Shown in pieces: positions 35,443 to 48,202 of a stretch of 64,000 nt of DNA. Source of the DNA: Opitutales bacterium (GTDB lineage Bacteria; Verrucomicrobiota; Verrucomicrobiia; Opitutales; Coraliomargaritaceae); the NCBI GenBank assembly GCA_030729385.1, contig JANQXM010000029.1:24853-88852 (forward strand), written 5' to 3'. The notes under the pieces were generated by a model. The model was not told the DNA's origin. It saw nothing but the letters and a program-made list of their open reading frames with translations, and made no database searches. How positions within the stretch are numbered: position 1 is the stretch's first letter; every line of letters begins with the position of its first letter. The position numbers and the translations under genes were made by a program.

Positions 35443-36264
35443 TTAGCTTTTTGATTTTTGGACTCGGTCGAAGAACCGATAGGTCGTTGCCACATGCTTC
35501 GTCCAGTAGGGCCATTCGTGGCCGCCTGGGTGCTCGGCGTATTCGTGTGGGATGTCGGCCTCTTTTAGTTGTCGATGGAGGGTGCGATTCCCTTCGACCA
35601 GCGGATCATCGATGCCGCAATCGAATTGAAAAGGAGCTAAGTGCTCTTGGTTGCGTTGTATCGCTGTAATTACTGATACGGCATCTGGATCTTCGATGTC
35701 ATAGCGCTCGAGTGGTTCTTCGACGAATTGACCCATCTCCTCGAATACGGTGATGGATGAGTGTCCAGAGAAGGCTTTGAACTTGCCGGGATGACTCGCG
35801 CCTATGCGGAGTGCGCCGTAGCCGCCCATCGAGAGGCCTCCGATGAATAGAGGTGCGTCTTTGGCGTTGCCAGTGACTTCATGCACAAGTTGCGGCACAT
35901 CCTCGACGATCCAGCGCTCGAAGTCCTGACTGTTGTGCTTCAAGTAACCGCTGCCGTCGCCCCAGAGCCCATCGGAGGGTGTGACTAAAATCATCGGCGC
36001 AACTTCACCCTGATCAATGAGCGCCTGCAGAGTGGTGTGGGCTTGCCCCATGCCGTTCCAAATCCAGTGGCTACCATAGACTCCATGGAGCAGTATGACG
36101 ACGGGCATGCTTTGCCCTCGTTGCACTTGATTCGGCACATAGACGGAGCAATCGGCGCGCGCCGTCAGAGCGGGGCTTTTTACCGTCACATGTTTTAGCA
36201 TACCTCCCTCGCAAGGGAAGTCGCCGATCTCTGTGGTGCGAAAATGGGACTTTGTATCAGCCAT
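35443..36264 (-). CDS. alpha/beta-hydrolase of the esterase D / CE1 (putative esterase) family
   Basis: LLHG...GLSMGGYGA nucleophile elbow, C-terminal HEYAEHPGGHEW. Last gene of the ferredoxin-P450-ADH operon. Confidence 0.7.
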   Translation of the reverse strand: MADTKSHFRTTEIGDFPCEGGMLKHVTVKSPALTARADCSVYVPNQVQRGQSMPVVILLHGVYGSHWIWNGMGQAHTTLQALIDQGEVAPMILVTPSDGLWGDGSGYLKHNSQDFERWIVEDVPQLVHEVTGNAKDAPLFIGGLSMGGYGALRIGASHPGKFKAFSGHSSITVFEEMGQFVEEPLERYDIEDPDAVSVITAIQRNQEHLAPFQFDCGIDDPLVEGNRTLHRQLKEADIPHEYAEHPGGHEWPYWTKHVATTYRFFDRVQKSKS

Positions 36265-36272
36265 ATGGATAC

Positions 36273-37385
<1,113 letters not shown>

Positions 37386-37395
37386 AATTGGAGAA

Positions 37396-38535
37396 TCAAC
37401 GGGCGTTGAATTTAGCACGAAGCATTTCGTAGCCGACTTTACGAGAGTAGTCTTCCTCGTGCTCAATGAGCTCGGTTTGATCGGTGACTTCAATCGATGC
37501 TACGGACTCACTGAGTTTTTGAACGATGCCGCGCATGATAGCGCGAGCGTGGTGCTGACCGAGGCAGTTATGGATGCCGAAGCCGAAAGCGATGTGTGGG
37601 TTCGGCTTACGGTCGAGGCGCACTTCGTTGGGTGCTTCAAAAACCTCGGGGTCGCGATTTGCCGAAGACCAGCAGAGTGAGACGCGGTCGCCAGCTTCCA
37701 CTTCGTGACCATGCACATCTGTTTTAACTGGGCAGACTCGTCCAATGTGAGTGAGTGGTATAAAGAGACGGAAGAACTCTTCGCAGGCGGTATTTAGCAT
37801 CTCAGGGTGCTCGCGGATGCACTCCAGTGCTTTCGGGTTCTCGGCGAAGTATTTAAGGATACGGGTTGCGGTGTGGATGATGGTATCGCGACCACCGGCA
37901 AAGGCGATGTTGGCATAGCCCAGTTTTTCTTCCATCGTTAGCTTACGTCCTTGGAACTCAGCTTGGTTCAATGCGGAGAAGAAATCCTCGCCGGGATTTA
38001 CCTCGGCGGCTTCGAACATCTGCTGAGAATATTTTTCCATGAACGGTCCCTTGGATTTTCCGTCGCCGTCTTTGAAGACGTGGATGCCCCAGCTGATCCA
38101 AAGCTCGGCTTCTTTTTCGTCCACGTTGAGCAGATAGGTGAGGGCGTGCGATTGGAGGGGGATGGCAAAGTCTTTAACAATATCGATCTCGTCGGCCGCG
38201 CATGCTTCAGTGAGCAGGCGCTCGATTAAGGAATGTATTTTTGCGAGCACCTCTGGCTGTTTAGGACGGAGAAAGAAGGGCTCGACCAGTTTGCGGTATT
38301 CCGCATGGACGGGTGGGTCGACTTCGAGAGGATACTGGCGCACGGTGCGCACATCTTCTTCGGAGGGGATCGGCACACGGCGGGGCGCATCCGAGCTGAA
38401 GGTAGTGTAATCTTTGGCGGCTTTGCGCACGTCCTTCAATCGAAGGATCATGGGGATGGTTTCTCCCTGGTGCTGAGCAGCGAGGACTGGGCACTTAGCG
38501 CGCGCCTCACGAAAGGGGTCGTTGTAATCTTGCAT
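37396..38535 (-). CDS. cytochrome P450 monooxygenase (candidate 6-O-methyl-D-galactose demethylase type)
   Basis: I-helix AGGRDT, ExxR (EEFFR), heme loop FGFGIHNCLGQHHA. Adjacent 2Fe-2S ferredoxin. Porphyran/agar locus context. Confidence 0.8.
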   Translation of the reverse strand: MQDYNDPFREARAKCPVLAAQHQGETIPMILRLKDVRKAAKDYTTFSSDAPRRVPIPSEEDVRTVRQYPLEVDPPVHAEYRKLVEPFFLRPKQPEVLAKIHSLIERLLTEACAADEIDIVKDFAIPLQSHALTYLLNVDEKEAELWISWGIHVFKDGDGKSKGPFMEKYSQQMFEAAEVNPGEDFFSALNQAEFQGRKLTMEEKLGYANIAFAGGRDTIIHTATRILKYFAENPKALECIREHPEMLNTACEEFFRLFIPLTHIGRVCPVKTDVHGHEVEAGDRVSLCWSSANRDPEVFEAPNEVRLDRKPNPHIAFGFGIHNCLGQHHARAIMRGIVQKLSESVASIEVTDQTELIEHEEDYSRKVGYEMLRAKFNAR

Positions 38536-38556
38536 AGGGTATTTGTGGGCTTTTGC

Positions 38557-38871
38557 TTATTCTTCGGGAGCGACTTCGACGATGAGACCATCGAGTTCGT
38601 CGGTTAATTCGATTTGACAGCATAGGCGGCTATTGGGCTTTTTGTGCTCATTAAAATCAAGGGTATCCATTTCGATCTCATCGGCGCTACCAATTCGATC
38701 CTGCCAGTCATGAGTGACATAGACATGGCAAGTTGAGCAGGAACAAACGCCGCCGCAATCACCAGTGATACCTTCGACATCATTGTCGGTTGCGATTTCC
38801 ATCAGGGTGCCGACGGCATCTTCGACCACGACCTTTTCGCCGTTTTGCTGAATAAAAGTAATTTTGGGCAT
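38557..38871 (-). CDS. [2Fe-2S] ferredoxin, adrenodoxin/putidaredoxin type
   Basis: 104 aa. CGGVCSCSTCHV (C-x5-C-x2-C) plus distal Cys in LCCQIEL. Confidence 0.85.
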   Translation of the reverse strand: MPKITFIQQNGEKVVVEDAVGTLMEIATDNDVEGITGDCGGVCSCSTCHVYVTHDWQDRIGSADEIEMDTLDFNEHKKPNSRLCCQIELTDELDGLIVEVAPEE

Positions 38872-38949
38872 AATTGTATTCGGTTTGGTTATTTAGGTGA
38901 TTAAAGCTGCTTATTCTATCCGATTTACGCCGCACAAACTAGCGCTCTA

Positions 38950-38984
38950 TTGCCAAATTGTGATACTTTCTTGCCATATTGTGA
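38950..38984. promoter_or_regulatory. direct repeat TTGCCA(A/T)ATTGTGA x2 with 21-bp phasing in the ferredoxin/AraC divergent promoter
   Basis: 38950-38963 and 38971-38984 match 13/14. Spacing is exactly two helical turns, a typical AraC-family operator layout. Confidence 0.45.
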
Positions 38985-39006
38985 GGTTTGATATTGAATT
39001 AATCGA

Positions 39007-39846
39007 TTGAAAGCTATCAGAGAGCAGGTGCCACTCGGCACGGAGCAGTCGTTTTCCGCCTATCGGTATGAAGGGGCAGAGTTTGATGCACCGTATCATT
39101 TTCATCCCGAAATCGAGGTGGTCTATATTGAGGAGGGGCGTGGCATTCGTGTGGTCGGGGATCATTCGGATTCGTTCTATCCAGGCGATCTATGTTTGTT
39201 CGCTCAAAATCTGCCTCACTTCTATCATGCGGATCAGGCAGGTCGAAGGGCGTCTTCTTTAGTTGTTCAGTTTTTACCGGAGGTGATTCGCTCGCTCCTT
39301 TCGACTCCGGAGATGCGCCCTGTCCGTGAGCTGTTGAAAGACGGGCAGCGCGGGATTCGGTTCTCGGGTAATACGGCAGAGGGTTTACATTCCTTGATTT
39401 TGGAACTTGTTTTAGCCGATGGACCTGAGCGCATGCTACGACTGCTAGAGCTATTGACCGCACTAGCAGGACAGGGGGAGCGTCAACTGTTGTCCAGTAT
39501 TGGCTACACCTATGATGCGGATGACAAACAGGGGCAGCGTATCGAGCGAGCTTGGCAGTTGCTAGTGACGCAATCCTCGGATGCTTTGACACAGGCTGAT
39601 GTGGCCGCCGCCATGCACATGAGCGTCTCGACGTTTAGCCGATTTTTTCGGCGTGCTACAAACCGGACTTTTACTGAAGCATTGCTCGAAATACGCTTAG
39701 GGCATGCCTGTCGCCTTCTGGCGGAAAGCGATACGACTATCAGCGAAATTTGCTATGCCTGCGGGTTCAATAATCTCTCTAATTTTAATCGCCAATTCAA
39801 GAAGCGCTATGGTCGCTCGCCGCGTGAATGGCGGAAGTTGTTTTAG
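39007..39846 (+). CDS. AraC family transcriptional regulator (cupin + HTH)
   Basis: Cupin motif (HFHPEIEVVYIEEG). C-terminal AraC HTH (FSRFFRRATNRTFTEALLEIRLGHACRLL...GFNNLSNFNRQFKKRYGRSPREWR). The TTG start is uncertain. Confidence 0.8.
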   Translation: MKAIREQVPLGTEQSFSAYRYEGAEFDAPYHFHPEIEVVYIEEGRGIRVVGDHSDSFYPGDLCLFAQNLPHFYHADQAGRRASSLVVQFLPEVIRSLLSTPEMRPVRELLKDGQRGIRFSGNTAEGLHSLILELVLADGPERMLRLLELLTALAGQGERQLLSSIGYTYDADDKQGQRIERAWQLLVTQSSDALTQADVAAAMHMSVSTFSRFFRRATNRTFTEALLEIRLGHACRLLAESDTTISEICYACGFNNLSNFNRQFKKRYGRSPREWRKLF

Positions 39847-39969
39847 GGACTGTCTGAAGTCAGCTTCAAAAATGTTGGACTAAATTTGGAGGTCGCGCTG
39901 GTGCGTATCTGCGCCGCACTAACGTTCGTAATGTCTCGCCAACAACGACGGATGCGGTGCGGGACGGAC

Positions 39970-40218
39970 CGAATGGCACTACCTTAAGACGAAATTAGGA
40001 GCTTATGTATTCAAGTATGTATATTCAACATTAAGCTTAAGGAGCCCGTGAGTCGTATGTTTTAGGTGGGGTGCTCTCGCCGAGAGCACCGTTCGCTGTT
40101 AGGATTAAATGCCGGAATCTTATGGATGGGTATCTGGCAGCGTCCGGCGAACGGTCGCCTCGGCGAGGCGACCCCACCTTTTCAAATACCCAAAGCCATC
40201 TTAAGGTAGTGCCATTCG
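39970..40218 (+). mobile_element. MITE copy 2 (identical to 9472-9720)
   Basis: Same 249 bp and the same 20-bp TIR. Flanking 8-mers are GGACGGAC (39962-39969) and AGACGGAC (40219-40226). Confidence 0.85.
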
Positions 40219-40268
40219 AGACGGACGGGATTCTGCGTTTGTTCGATTTTGTGTTGTCGTGAGTTTTC

Positions 40269-40339
40269 GACGTTCGTGCGGTCCGGGATCCGACTTCGCC
40301 CTACGGGCTACGCCGGGACGCAGCGGGCCTGCGCTACCT
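40269..40339. repeat. degenerate end of the 35.2-kb palindromic repeat family
   Basis: GACGTTCGTGCGGTCCGGGA ... CCTGCGCTACCT matches the right end of 35237-35397 (GACGTTCGTGCGGTCTGGGACGGACCTGCGCTACCT), with a ~39-nt insertion. Confidence 0.5.
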
Positions 40340-40385
40340 TTTCCTTCTTATGGAAGTCCGCCACGAATCTTTCATGGGCTTTGTG

Positions 40386-40400
40386 TGTATCTAAAGATAT
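40386..40400. promoter_or_regulatory. operator-like site TGTATCTAAAGATAT upstream of the sulfatase-GH16 fusion gene
   Basis: Identical 15-mer to 16161-16175, located 66 nt upstream of ATG 40466. Confidence 0.45.
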
Positions 40401-40465
40401 GCGCTGAGTCATCGACGTGTCTGAAAAAAACAGGATGCTTTCCTTTGTTCTATACTCCTCTTACG

Positions 40466-43162
40466 ATGACCCCATCCCATGTTTCTATCTTTCTAGGTCT
40501 GACGCTGACTCTACTGAGCGCAGTGGCCAAACCGCTTTCGCAGCCGAATATCCTTTGGATCATTACCGATGATCAGCGCAGTGATTCGGTCGCCGCATTT
40601 AACCGTGCCACGACGGGGCAGGCTGAAAGTAAGCTTGGCTATGTTGAGTCACCTAACCTTGATGCGCTGGCTGCCGAGGGGACACTCTTTACGAATGCTT
40701 ATTGCAACTCGATGGCTTGTGCGCCGTCTCGGAGTTCCATGCATACTGGTAGATATCCTCATCGCAGTGGTATGTATGGATTTCGTAAGGCACATCAGGC
40801 GGTGGATGTCCGAAGTCGGATGATCCCTGAAGTCATGTTGGAGCATGGCTACCAGCCTTCGATGTTTGGTAAGAGCGGTTACTATATTTTCGATTGGGAA
40901 AACTACAACAACTGGAAAGACCCAGGTTATTACGATCCTTTTATCACTAACAATACGCTGCAAAAGACAGACGGAAGTGACTTCTGGTTTAACAAGCCCT
41001 GGTCGTCTGAGCTGCATAAGGTGATCGGCACAGAAGAGGTCTTTCGATATGCGGACGGCAGCGTGAAGCGCTATTGGACGAATCGAGTTGAACGTGATCT
41101 GACAGTGGAAGAATTAGAGACCCGAAAGGAAGTCGAGGCGGAGCTTGATATACTACGCAGCTATACTCGCTCTAACCCGGAGCTCATCATTGGGGGGGTG
41201 TCGCCAGCGAAAACAGGTGAGACCTTGGATGGGGCTATTGTTCAATCGATGCAGCGCTATTTTACTAACGAAGGGAAGGACTATACTACAGTCACCGGAG
41301 ATCGCACAAAAGGTCCCGACCCAAGTCAGCCACTTTTTGTAAATTTAGGCTTCGTCTTCCCGCATACGCCTGTCCTGCCGACGAAAGAGTTTCGGGATCG
41401 GTTTAAAGATAAGCAGTATCGGATTCCTGAATACGAGGCATTTGAAGCTGAGTCGATGCCAGGGTCGCTGCGGGATCTGCGCGAGGATATGGACTTTTCA
41501 CGAATGACCGATGAGGAGAAGCAGCAAGCGATTCGTGACTACTATGCATTCTGTGCGATGGGGGACCATTTGATTGGGCAGGCGATTCAGTCCTTCAAAG
41601 ACTACTGCGCAAAGCATGATCAGGAGTATCTCATCCTCTATGTCTGTGGCGACCATGGCTGGCATTTGGGTGAGCAGGGGATTGAGGCTAAGTTCGGTCC
41701 TTGGTATCAAACTGTGCACGACAGTGTGATTGCGGTGTCTTCCGATAAATCTCGTTTCCCCTCTGGTAAGATTGTTCACGACTGGGTCGAGTTTGTAGAC
41801 TTCGCTCCAACGTTTTATGAAATGGCAGAGATTAATTCTGAGGTGCATCCCGGACTCGATGGAGTGAGCCTCTTGAAAACACTCTATAGCGGACCGCAGC
41901 GGGATTACGTAATCGGGGAGATGAATCAGGTGCGCGGAGATCGTGCCTATTTGCGCAGTGAAGACTTTGCTTTTGCCATGCGGGTGCGGCCTTTCTGGAC
42001 TAAGCCTGGCGAAGGCTATGCTCCAGGTGAGCGTATTCGTTGGGGACTCGATGCGCCGACTGAAGAAGTTGATATGTCTCTTTATGATTTACGTCTCGAT
42101 CCTGATGAACGCCGTAATGTGGCGCAGGAACCCGAGTATCAGGCATTGGCTGCGTGGTTCCGTCAGAAGTTGGGTTCCATCGTGCTGGGTGACGGCAGGC
42201 TGGAAGTGGACTGGACTCAGGAGAACGTTTATAGCGTTCACAATTTTGCGAAAGGTGCGCACGATGGTAAGCTCGATATTCCGGAATCTGTGATGCCGCA
42301 TGTGGAACTGCCCGAGGATCCACGTGCCTTGGCTATTGAAGCTTTGAATGCAATTCCCGAACCGGAAGGTCCTTATTCGATTGATTTGCCAGAAGAAGTG
42401 AACTGGGAGTCGGTCGCTGAATTGTCGGATGAGTTTGAAGGTGATGCGCTGGATTTAACGAAATGGCATGCCGATCCGATGGCTCATGGCTGGGGCTGGG
42501 TGGGTCGTCCTCCTGCTATTTTTTTAGAGCGAAATGTCAGTGTCGATGACGGTAAGATGAAAGTAACCGTGGGTAAGCTGGATGAACCAGTCTATGTGGG
42601 CGGAGATCGTTTTGTCTATGAGGGAGCGATCGTGCGCTCGATATTGCCTGCTGCTACAGGTATGTATGTCGAATGTAGAATGAAAGCCAATGCGACCGAG
42701 ATGTCTTCCACTTTTTGGCTCATGACAAAGGGCGATACCAGCTTGTCCCAGGAACTCGATATTCAAGAGTGTATCGGCAAGCCGGTTCAGGAAGCTGTGG
42801 ATTGGGCCCAAGACTGGGATCGAATATTTCATTCCAACATGATTCGAAGAAATCCAGATATGGAGCCCGACCGTGTTCAACTGCAAGACCAGCGCTCGAT
42901 GACAGAGAGGAACTCCCAGGACTTTCATGTATATGGCGCCTGGTGGAAATCTGAGCGAGAGGTTCTCTTCTATCTTGATGGCGAGTATCAGTATACGATA
43001 CGTCCAGAGGTCGATTGGAATATGCCGGCCTATATTCATATGGCGATTGAGACGTATGACTGGAATCCAGTCGGCGATACCGGCACCTTAATCGAGCACG
43101 GCACCCTTGACGAGCGCACCACGCAATACGATTGGATTCGCACCTGGCGAGTGAGCGAATGA
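40466..43162 (+). CDS. bifunctional-architecture protein: N-terminal S1 sulfatase fused to a C-terminal GH16 domain
   Basis: Start set to ATG 40466 ([21 protein letters not shown] signal peptide). [27 protein letters not shown] and [14 protein letters not shown] mark the sulfatase. The last ~270 aa are ~60% identical to the GH16 of 32949..34298, including ELDIQE. Confidence 0.8.
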   Translation: MTPSHVSIFLGLTLTLLSAVAKPLSQPNILWIITDDQRSDSVAAFNRATTGQAESKLGYVESPNLDALAAEGTLFTNAYCNSMACAPSRSSMHTGRYPHRSGMYGFRKAHQAVDVRSRMIPEVMLEHGYQPSMFGKSGYYIFDWENYNNWKDPGYYDPFITNNTLQKTDGSDFWFNKPWSSELHKVIGTEEVFRYADGSVKRYWTNRVERDLTVEELETRKEVEAELDILRSYTRSNPELIIGGVSPAKTGETLDGAIVQSMQRYFTNEGKDYTTVTGDRTKGPDPSQPLFVNLGFVFPHTPVLPTKEFRDRFKDKQYRIPEYEAFEAESMPGSLRDLREDMDFSRMTDEEKQQAIRDYYAFCAMGDHLIGQAIQSFKDYCAKHDQEYLILYVCGDHGWHLGEQGIEAKFGPWYQTVHDSVIAVSSDKSRFPSGKIVHDWVEFVDFAPTFYEMAEINSEVHPGLDGVSLLKTLYSGPQRDYVIGEMNQVRGDRAYLRSEDFAFAMRVRPFWTKPGEGYAPGERIRWGLDAPTEEVDMSLYDLRLDPDERRNVAQEPEYQALAAWFRQKLGSIVLGDGRLEVDWTQENVYSVHNFAKGAHDGKLDIPESVMPHVELPEDPRALAIEALNAIPEPEGPYSIDLPEEVNWESVAELSDEFEGDALDLTKWHADPMAHGWGWVGRPPAIFLERNVSVDDGKMKVTVGKLDEPVYVGGDRFVYEGAIVRSILPAATGMYVECRMKANATEMSSTFWLMTKGDTSLSQELDIQECIGKPVQEAVDWAQDWDRIFHSNMIRRNPDMEPDRVQLQDQRSMTERNSQDFHVYGAWWKSEREVLFYLDGEYQYTIRPEVDWNMPAYIHMAIETYDWNPVGDTGTLIEHGTLDERTTQYDWIRTWRVSE

Positions 43163-43193
43163 AGAAATACTAATCACCTGAGATCATACGATT

Positions 43194-45170
<1,977 letters not shown>

Positions 45171-45171
45171 T

Positions 45172-45702
45172 TTAGAACGACGGGATTAATTCCGACCACT
45201 TTTCGGCATTCCAAACGACCGGCGCTTTAAAGTTACGCGCTTCCTTCTCGTAGAGTGTCTTTAAGGTTTCCACAGTTTCGGGGAGTTGATCCTTGAGATC
45301 GTTGGATTCTGTTGGATCGATACTTAGATCATAGAGCGCAAGCTTCGGCTTTGAGCCTGCTGTAGTTTCCGTGTAGAGATTCGCTTCGATGCTGCCCGTG
45401 AAGCGCAGAACATGATCGCCTTTGACGACTGCCCAGCCGCCGGGAGCTTTCTGACGCTCCATATACTTTGGCACCAAAGAGGTGTAATGCAGGAAGCCCC
45501 AGGCTCGTGCGTGGATGCCGGACCAAAGCATGTATTCATGGACCGGTGACGTATCTTCTCCTGTTAGCAGAGGCAGTAAGCTTTTTCCGTCGATCAAAGT
45601 GGGCACATTGAGATCAGCGGCGTCGATGAAAGTCGGCATGATGTCCATACTGGAGACCAGTGCGTCGGACGTTCCGTGCTGAGTGATCCCTCTGGACCAA
45701 AG
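45172..45702 (-). pseudogene. 3-prime remnant of a sulfatase gene (C-terminal ~175 aa only)
   Basis: Encodes ...HGTSDALVSSMDIMPTFIDAADL...DGKSLLPLLTG...LYDLSIDPTESNDL, the C-terminal subdomain of S1 sulfatases. The open frame ends at a stop at 45748-45750, and no catalytic N-terminal domain lies upstream. Confidence 0.75.
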
Positions 45703-45767
45703 GAAATGACTCCGAGTAATGAAACAATGAATGGACGACTCATTGGATTAATCACTACGTAGCGCGG

Positions 45768-46510
45768 TTAACGATAAGCGCGACGGCGAGAGCCTATCGA
45801 TGCGATTAAAGCCAGAGCACCTGCGATCAGTGAAGCCGCGCCTGGCTCTGGGATGGCCACATAATTAGATTTCGTTGTCAGGGCGAATCCGGCAAAGCCA
45901 CTAATGACATCCCCGTGATTTCCCCAGAGAATTGTGACACTGTTCGCACCTTTGACTTTCTTAAAACTGAATGTGGTGCTAGCTGCTTTGGGGCTGCCTG
46001 CATCATAATTCGTTATTTTCGTTTCGGACTGCTTGCCGTTGTAGCTTATAGCGAATTGGTGTCACTGTTTTCGCTGTCACCAGTTCCCCAGAGTGTAAGC
46101 GTTACTTCCTGTCCGTTCGGGATATCACCTAAACCAGAGATCGTAACTTCATTTCCAAGTGGCTTTGATTTTAGTGAGGCAAAGAGGTAACTGTCCAAAA
46201 TCGCTGTGTCGATGAAGTGACCACGGGAGGTATTCCAATTATTATTAGAGTGGACGGTAATTTTGGCATTATGGAGTCCGCGGGCAGACAATTGGGCATT
46301 GTTTGCCTGGCTGCTCACGTGGTTGATTGGAGCCGTCACGTCGACATCCGGAGCGAAATCCCGGTAGTCGGAAGTAGAGATTGGCGCTAAGTTCTCTTTG
46401 TGAGGCGCCGTAAAATTAACGAGAATCGTGGCATCTATATCCTTCGCCGAGAGGTTGCTGATGAAAACAGGTAGAAGCGCGGTGATAAGAACAAGGTAAG
46501 TGACTTTCAT
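45768..46510 (-). pseudogene. PEP-CTERM sorting-signal protein interrupted by a frameshift
   Basis: The 154-aa ORF (46046..46510, signal peptide) stops at 46046. A different frame continues from ~46061 to 45768 and ends in VAIPEPGAASLIAGALALIASIGSRRRAYR, a canonical PEP-CTERM anchor. Confidence 0.65.
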
Positions 46511-46616
46511 CGTTGGGAATTGGCTAAGTGGGTAGTTTTATAATTACATGTGTAAAGTTATTTTCTTTATTACATTCCTCAAGTAAATACTGGCGATGGG
46601 ATTACACCGCCTACAT

Positions 46617-48173
46617 TTAAGGATCCATGGAGCGGACGTAATCGGTTATACGGCTTCCATTTGAGCGTTCGATGGGAGTGTAGCGCTCTCTCCAGTTGTT
46701 GGCAGTTTCGGGGTTCGTCCACGCACGCACGTAGTCGACTTCGAATGTGGAGGGTAGGTCGCTCTCTTCGGGCACGCCAAGCCAGTCGAACATCGTTTCG
46801 GAGTCGAAGACCATATACTGCGGACCATGCCAGCGTGTGTTATTGACACGGCGAACGAGCACACCATCGACGAAGTATTTGATCGTCTCCGGAGTCCACT
46901 CGAGACCATAGACGCGGAAGTCACCCGCAAGTGGACGTTCCGCCACCCATGAGCCACCGAGGCTGTAATGTTTCGGATTCGCAGCAGTCTTAAAATCATG
47001 GAGGTTCATGTTGTATTTAAGCTCCTTGCCTTTGGCTTTACCACCGATCTCGAAGACATCGATTTCGAGTCGTATGTGCGTGTCAGTCGCTTGGTCGATG
47101 GAGCTTCCTGTGAACCACCAGGCACTCGATCCCGCAGAGGCCATTGGCTTGGCCCGGATTTCAAAGTATCCGTAGTTGATGCGCTCCTTACTGACGATGC
47201 TACCACTTGCGTAATCTTTATAAACATTGTGGCTCCTGTAAAATTGCTCGTGTGGAAGGCTTGAGTCTTTCACCATTGTGATGGCCATCTTACCATTCTC
47301 GACACGAACATGACGCGCCAGAAAGCGACCTGGTATACGCCCATACCAGTAGGGGTTGTGGTCATGCCACTTATCAGTATCTAGGCTATTTTCGTTGAAC
47401 TCATCCCACATGGGTGTGAAGGGTTGCCATTGCCCTTGATTGGCTTGGTCGGATAGAGGTAAGGCGTCGGTCTGCCGAACCGGGAGTGGTTCGGGGAGTG
47501 CGCCATTACGTGTCCAGTCACCTTCTGTCGGAACCTTTAAATTCCATTTTTCTTGAAGGTAATGCCCAATGGCTTCGATCGGCTCGAATACGATGAAACT
47601 GCGGTCGTAGACCAAAACTTCGGCAATATCGCCATAGAGATGCTGCTGGTGATAGAGGTGCTTTGAGCCGATGGTCATCGTGGCACGTAAATCACTGCGA
47701 AAGAGATCGTAGATGATGCGTGCTTCCATCGCGCCGGCATCTTCTGCCGTATTCAGTTGTATGCCAGGCTCTTTATTGTCTTCCGGGAACTCTTCGGTTG
47801 TTGAAGAGATGAGCCGTTGCCAACTATGGTCAGTCGCTTGCTCGGCTGTGCGTTGAAAAACGATGAATATGGAGTAGCCATTGATCTTCTGGCTAAGCAC
47901 GGGGAGGTTCAATCGCTGTTTCCCGGAGAAGCGAATCGCGGGTTCACCGTGTAGTGCCTGCATGGCATAAATCGGCGCGTAGTCGGCTTCGGCGGTGGCG
48001 TGATTGTCTTTACCGCTGAGGTCATTCCAGCAAAGCACATGCCCTGTGCTATCGAGCTCGATTGATTCTTTCACCGAGCTGTCGAGATGGAGGACGAGTC
48101 CCTTGGTGGGAAGTTCTGCATGAGCGATTGACATGCAGAGCGAGAGGCTAAGGAGTAGGTTGCGATAACGCAT
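46617..48173 (-). CDS. secreted LamG-like (concanavalin-type) domain + GH16 glycoside hydrolase
   Basis: Signal peptide. N-terminal Laminin_G_3-like region (LVLHLDS...NHATAEADYAPIY...IRFSGKQRLNLP). Canonical GH16 motif EIDVFE. C-terminal VDYVRAW. Confidence 0.8.
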   Translation of the reverse strand: MRYRNLLLSLSLCMSIAHAELPTKGLVLHLDSSVKESIELDSTGHVLCWNDLSGKDNHATAEADYAPIYAMQALHGEPAIRFSGKQRLNLPVLSQKINGYSIFIVFQRTAEQATDHSWQRLISSTTEEFPEDNKEPGIQLNTAEDAGAMEARIIYDLFRSDLRATMTIGSKHLYHQQHLYGDIAEVLVYDRSFIVFEPIEAIGHYLQEKWNLKVPTEGDWTRNGALPEPLPVRQTDALPLSDQANQGQWQPFTPMWDEFNENSLDTDKWHDHNPYWYGRIPGRFLARHVRVENGKMAITMVKDSSLPHEQFYRSHNVYKDYASGSIVSKERINYGYFEIRAKPMASAGSSAWWFTGSSIDQATDTHIRLEIDVFEIGGKAKGKELKYNMNLHDFKTAANPKHYSLGGSWVAERPLAGDFRVYGLEWTPETIKYFVDGVLVRRVNNTRWHGPQYMVFDSETMFDWLGVPEESDLPSTFEVDYVRAWTNPETANNWRERYTPIERSNGSRITDYVRSMDP

Positions 48174-48202
48174 AAAGGGGAGTTCTATTTGATCGGGGAG
48201 GT

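Noticed and set aside
37386-37493. 36-codon 5-prime extension of the alcohol dehydrogenase ORF.
   Set aside because: It overlaps the 3-prime end of the P450 gene in another frame and has no ADH homology. ATG 37385 gives the canonical MIIQAKAAV start, 10 nt after the P450 stop.
40071-40465. ORF 40071..40262 and the 69-codon N-terminal extension of ORF 40259..43162.
   Set aside because: Both are composed of MITE sequence and degenerate palindromic-repeat sequence. A proper signal peptide and the sulfatase homology begin at ATG 40466.
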